DNA of 64,000 nt. It comes from Macrostomum lignano (taxonomy: Eukaryota). Positions 60,144 to 64,000 of the stretch are shown piece by piece (position 1 is the stretch's first letter; each line of letters begins with the position of its first letter). The notes under the pieces are model-generated. The model saw only the letters and a list, made by a program, of their open reading frames with translations. It ran no database searches and was not told the DNA's origin. The DNA is taken from positions 210,022 through 274,021 of the forward strand of contig NIVC01001215.1 in NCBI GenBank assembly GCA_002269645.1. The letters run 5' to 3'. Position numbers and translations under genes: made by a program.

Positions 60144-60325
60144 CCGATCCACCTAGCAGCCCAGGTGTCAAGGTGTGGAATCAGTCAAGCTCATCGGGAA
60201 TCGCTGCGGGATGACGCTGCCTTGATCTGCAAACCAGCAACGGTCACACCGTGGCTGACTACGCCGCTGAGAACAGGCAAAGGCGGGAGCTGCTGGCCGG
60301 GATGCGAGACACGATCAGGCGTTAA
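60144..60325 (+). pseudogene. Ankyrin-repeat gene relic with two +1 frameshifts
   Basis: Removing single extra Cs at ~60162 and ~60220 gives PIHLAARCQGVESVKLIGNRCGMTLLDLQTSNGHTVADYAAENRQRRELLAGMRDTIRR*, which follows the ankyrin consensus. Confidence 0.45.
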
Positions 60326-60422
60326 GCTCTGCTCGGTACACCGAATGCAACTGCTACTCCAACAACTGCTTGCTTCTTCTATAGCAAAAAGATTTCTGCG
60401 AAACTTATACTTAAATCGCTAC

Positions 60423-63400
60423 AGAGACCTCAGCATGGATATAGAGTTCTCACATGAGACCTCAGTTCACATGAGACCTCAGTTCACCAGAGACCTCAGT
60501 TCACCAGAGACCTCAGTTCACATGAGACCTCAGTTCACCAGAGACCTCAGTTCACATGAGACCTCAGTTCACATGAGACCTCAGTTCACATGAGACCTCA
60601 GTTCACCAGAGACCTCAGTTCACATGAGACCTCAGTTCACATGAGACCTCAGTTCACATGAGACCTCAGTTCACATGAGACCTCAGTTCACATGAGACCT
60701 CAGTTCACATGAGACCTCAGTTCACCAGAGACCTCAGTTCACCAGAGACCTCAGTTCACATGAGACCTCAGTTCACCAGAGACCTCAGCATGGATATAGA
60801 GTTCTCACATGAGACCTCAGTTCACATGAGACCTCAGTTCACCAGAGACCTCAGTTCACATGAGACCTCAGTTCACCAGAGACCTCAGTTCACATGAGAC
60901 CTCAGTTCACATGAGACCTCAGTTCACATGAGACCTCAGTTCACCAGAGACCTCAGTTCACATGAGACCTCAGTTCACCAGAGACCTCAGTTCACATGAG
61001 ACCTCAGTTCACATGAGACCTCAGTTCACATGAGACCTCAGTTCACCAGAGACCTCAGTTCACATGAGACCTCAGTTCACCAGAGACCTCAGCATGGATA
61101 TAGAGTTCTCACATGAGACCTCAGTTCACATGAGACCTCAGTTCACCAGAGACCTCAGTTCACATGAGACCTCAGTTCACCAGAGACCTCAGTTCACATG
61201 AGACCTCAGTTCACATGAGACCTCAGTTCACATGAGACCTCAGTTCACCAGAGACCTCAGTTCACCAGAGACCTCAGCATGGATATAGAGTTCTCACATG
61301 AGACCTCAGTTCACATGAGACCTCAGTTCACCAGAGACCTCAGTTCACATGAGACCTCAGTTCACCAGAGACCTCAGTTCACATGAGACCTCAGTTCACA
61401 TGAGACCTCAGTTCACATGAGACCTCAGTTCACCAGAGACCTCAGTTCACATGAGACCTCAGTTCACCAGAGACCTCAGCATGGATATAGAGTTCTCACA
61501 TGAGACCTCAGTTCACATGAGACCTCAGTTCACCAGAGACCTCAGTTCACATGAGACCTCAGTTCACATGAGACCTCAGTTCACCAGAGACCTCAGTTCA
61601 CATGAGACCTCAGTTCACATGAGACCTCAGTTCACATGAGACCTCAGTTCACCAGAGACCTCAGTTCACCAGAAACCTCAGTTCACATGAGACCTCAGTT
61701 CACCAGAGACCTCAGTTCACATGAGACCTCAGTTCACATGAGACCTCAGTTCACATGAGACCTCAGTTCACATGAGACCTCAGTTCACCAGAGACCTCAG
61801 TTCACCAGAGACCTCAGTTCACATGAGACCTCAGTTCACCAGAGACCTCAGCATGGATATAGAGTTCTCACATGAGACCTCAGTTCACATGAGACCTCAG
61901 TTCACCAGAGACCTCAGTTCACATGAGACCTCAGTTCACCAGAGACCTCAGTTCACATGAGACCTCAGTTCACATGAGACCTCAGTTCACATGAGACCTC
62001 AGTTCACCAGAGACCTCAGTTCACATGAGACCTCAGTTCACCAGAGACCTCAGCATGGATATAGAGTTCTCACATGAGACCTCAGTTCACATGAGACCTC
62101 AGTTCACCAGAGACCTCAGTTCACATGAGACCTCAGTTCACCAGAGACCTCAGTTCACATGAGACCTCAGTTCACCAGAGACCTCAGTTCACCAGAGACC
62201 TCAGTTCACCAGAGACCTCAGTTCACCAGAGACCTCAGCATGGATATAGAGTTCTCACATGAGACCTCAGTTCACATGAGACCTCAGTTCACCAGAGACC
62301 TCAGTTCACATGAGACCTCAGTTCACCAGAGACCTCAGTTCACATGAGACCTCAGTTCACATGAGACCTCAGTTCACATGAGACCTCAGTTCACATGAGA
62401 CCTCAGTTCACATGAGACCTCAGTTCACATGAGACCTCAGTTCACCAGAGACCTCAGCATGGATATAGAGTTCTCACATGAGACCTCAGTTCACATGAGA
62501 CCTCAGTTCACCAGAGACCTCAGTTCACATGAGACCTCAGTTCACCAGAGACCTCAGTTCACAGAGACCTCAGTTCACATGAGACCTCAGTTCACATGAG
62601 ACCTCAGTTCACATGAGACCTCAGTTCACCAGAGACCTCAGTTCACATGAGACCTCAGTTCACCAGAGACCTCAGTTCACATGAGACCTCAGTTCACCAG
62701 AGACCTCAGCATGGATATAGAGTTCTCACATTAGACCTCAGTTCACATGAGACTTCAGTTCACCAGAGACCTCAGTTCACATGAGACCTCAGTTCACCAG
62801 AGACCTCAGTTCACATGAGACCTCAGTTCACCAGAGACCTCAGCATGGATATAGAGTTCTCACATGAGACCTCAGTTCACATGAGACCTCAGTTCACATG
62901 AGACCTCAGTTCACATGAGACCTCAGTTCACCAGAGACCTCAGTTCACATGAGACCTCAGTTCACCAGAGACCTCAGCATGGATATAGAGTTCTCACATG
63001 AGACCTCAGTTCACATGAGACCTCAGTTCACATGAGACCTCAGTTCACCAGAGACCTCAGTTCACATGAGACCTCAGTTCACCAGAGACCTCAGTTCACA
63101 TGAGACCTCAGTTCACCAGAGACCTCAGTTCACATGAGACCTCAGTTCACCAGAGACCTCAGTTCACATGAGACCTCAGTTCACATGAGACCTCAGTTCA
63201 CATGAGACCTCAGTTCACCAGAGACCTCAGTTCACATGAGACCTCAGTTCACCAGAGACCTCAGTTCACATGAGACCTCAGTTCACATGAGACCTCAGTT
63301 CACATGAGACCTCAGTTCACCAGAGACCTCAGTTCACATGAGACCTCAGTTCACCAGAGACCTCAGCATGGATATAGAGTTCTCACATGAGACCTCAGTT

Positions 63401-64000
63401 CACATGAGACCTCAGTTCACCAGAGACCTCAGTTCACATGAGACCTCAGTTCACCAGAGACCTCAGTTCACATGAGACCTCAGTTCACATGAGACCTCAG
63501 TTCACATGAGACCTCAGTTCACATGAGACCTCAGTTCACCAGAGACCTCAGCATGGATATAGAGTTCTCACATGAGACCTCAGTTCACATGAGACCTCAG
63601 TTCACCAGAGACCTCAGTTCACATGAGACCTCAGTTCACCAGAGACCTCAGTTCACATGAGACCTCAGTTCACATGAGACCTCAGTTCACATGAGACCTC
63701 AGTTCACCAGAGACCTCAGTTCACAGAGACCTCAGTTCACATGAGACCTCAGTTCACCAGAGACCTCAGCATGGATATAGAGTTCTCACATGAGACCTCA
63801 GTTCACATGAGACCTCAGTTCACCAGAGACCTCAGTTCACATGAGACCTCAGTTCACCAGAGACCTCAGTTCACATGAGACCTCAGTTCACATGAGACCT
63901 CAGTTCACATGAGACCTCAGTTCACAGAGACCTCAGTTCACATGAGACCTCAGTTCACCAGAGACCTCAGCATGGATATAGAGTTCTCACATGAGACCTC
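60423..64000. repeat. 17-bp satellite (GAGACCTCAGTTCACAT / GAGACCTCAGTTCACCA) punctuated by a 32-bp marker unit; higher-order array running off the window end
   Basis: 16 marker units (CAGCATGGATATAGAGTTCTCACAT) located, spaced at 32+17n. Confidence 0.98.

Noticed and set aside
60423-64000. CRISPR-like appearance (constant marker separated by variable-length blocks); also the 33-45-bp arrays
   Set aside because: The intervening sequence is itself repeat units rather than unique spacers, there are no cas genes, and the context is spliceosomal and eukaryotic.

Overview
Eukaryotic (metazoan) genomic DNA, not prokaryotic. GC3-rich exons are separated by GT-AG introns packed with locus-specific minisatellites. 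This style resembles a flatworm such as Macrostomum, but the organism is inferred, not verified. Gene models were built by hand from splice sites and reading phase. (1) Kv2/Shab voltage-gated K+ channel, + strand, 4 coding exons 5717-22439, ~1006 aa, with a PRC/phospho-FFAT-like motif in an exon the ORF track misses. (2) Secreted PAN/apple-like plus ALK/LTK-type glycine-rich protein, + strand, 28329-30245, with a 1-nt frameshift near its end and an RFX X-box upstream. (3) ATP-dependent 6-phosphofructokinase, - strand, 6 exons 37475-32565, 789 aa. (4) Casein kinase 1 alpha, + strand, 4 exons 44343-48990. (5) An uncharacterised multi-exon gene, + strand, ~54.7-59.8 kb, with a possible ubiquitin/DCX-like C-terminal domain. 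Also present: a 5'-truncated Penelope-like retroelement (GIY-YIG) with a minimal hammerhead ribozyme, a decayed tRNA-type SINE in a 6-kb AT-rich block, a doubly frameshifted ankyrin-repeat relic, and about 38 distinct tandem arrays. Most long ORFs in the supplied track are artefacts of those arrays. There is no CRISPR array. Repeat boundaries are approximate (about 10-20 nt), and no database searches or computations were run.
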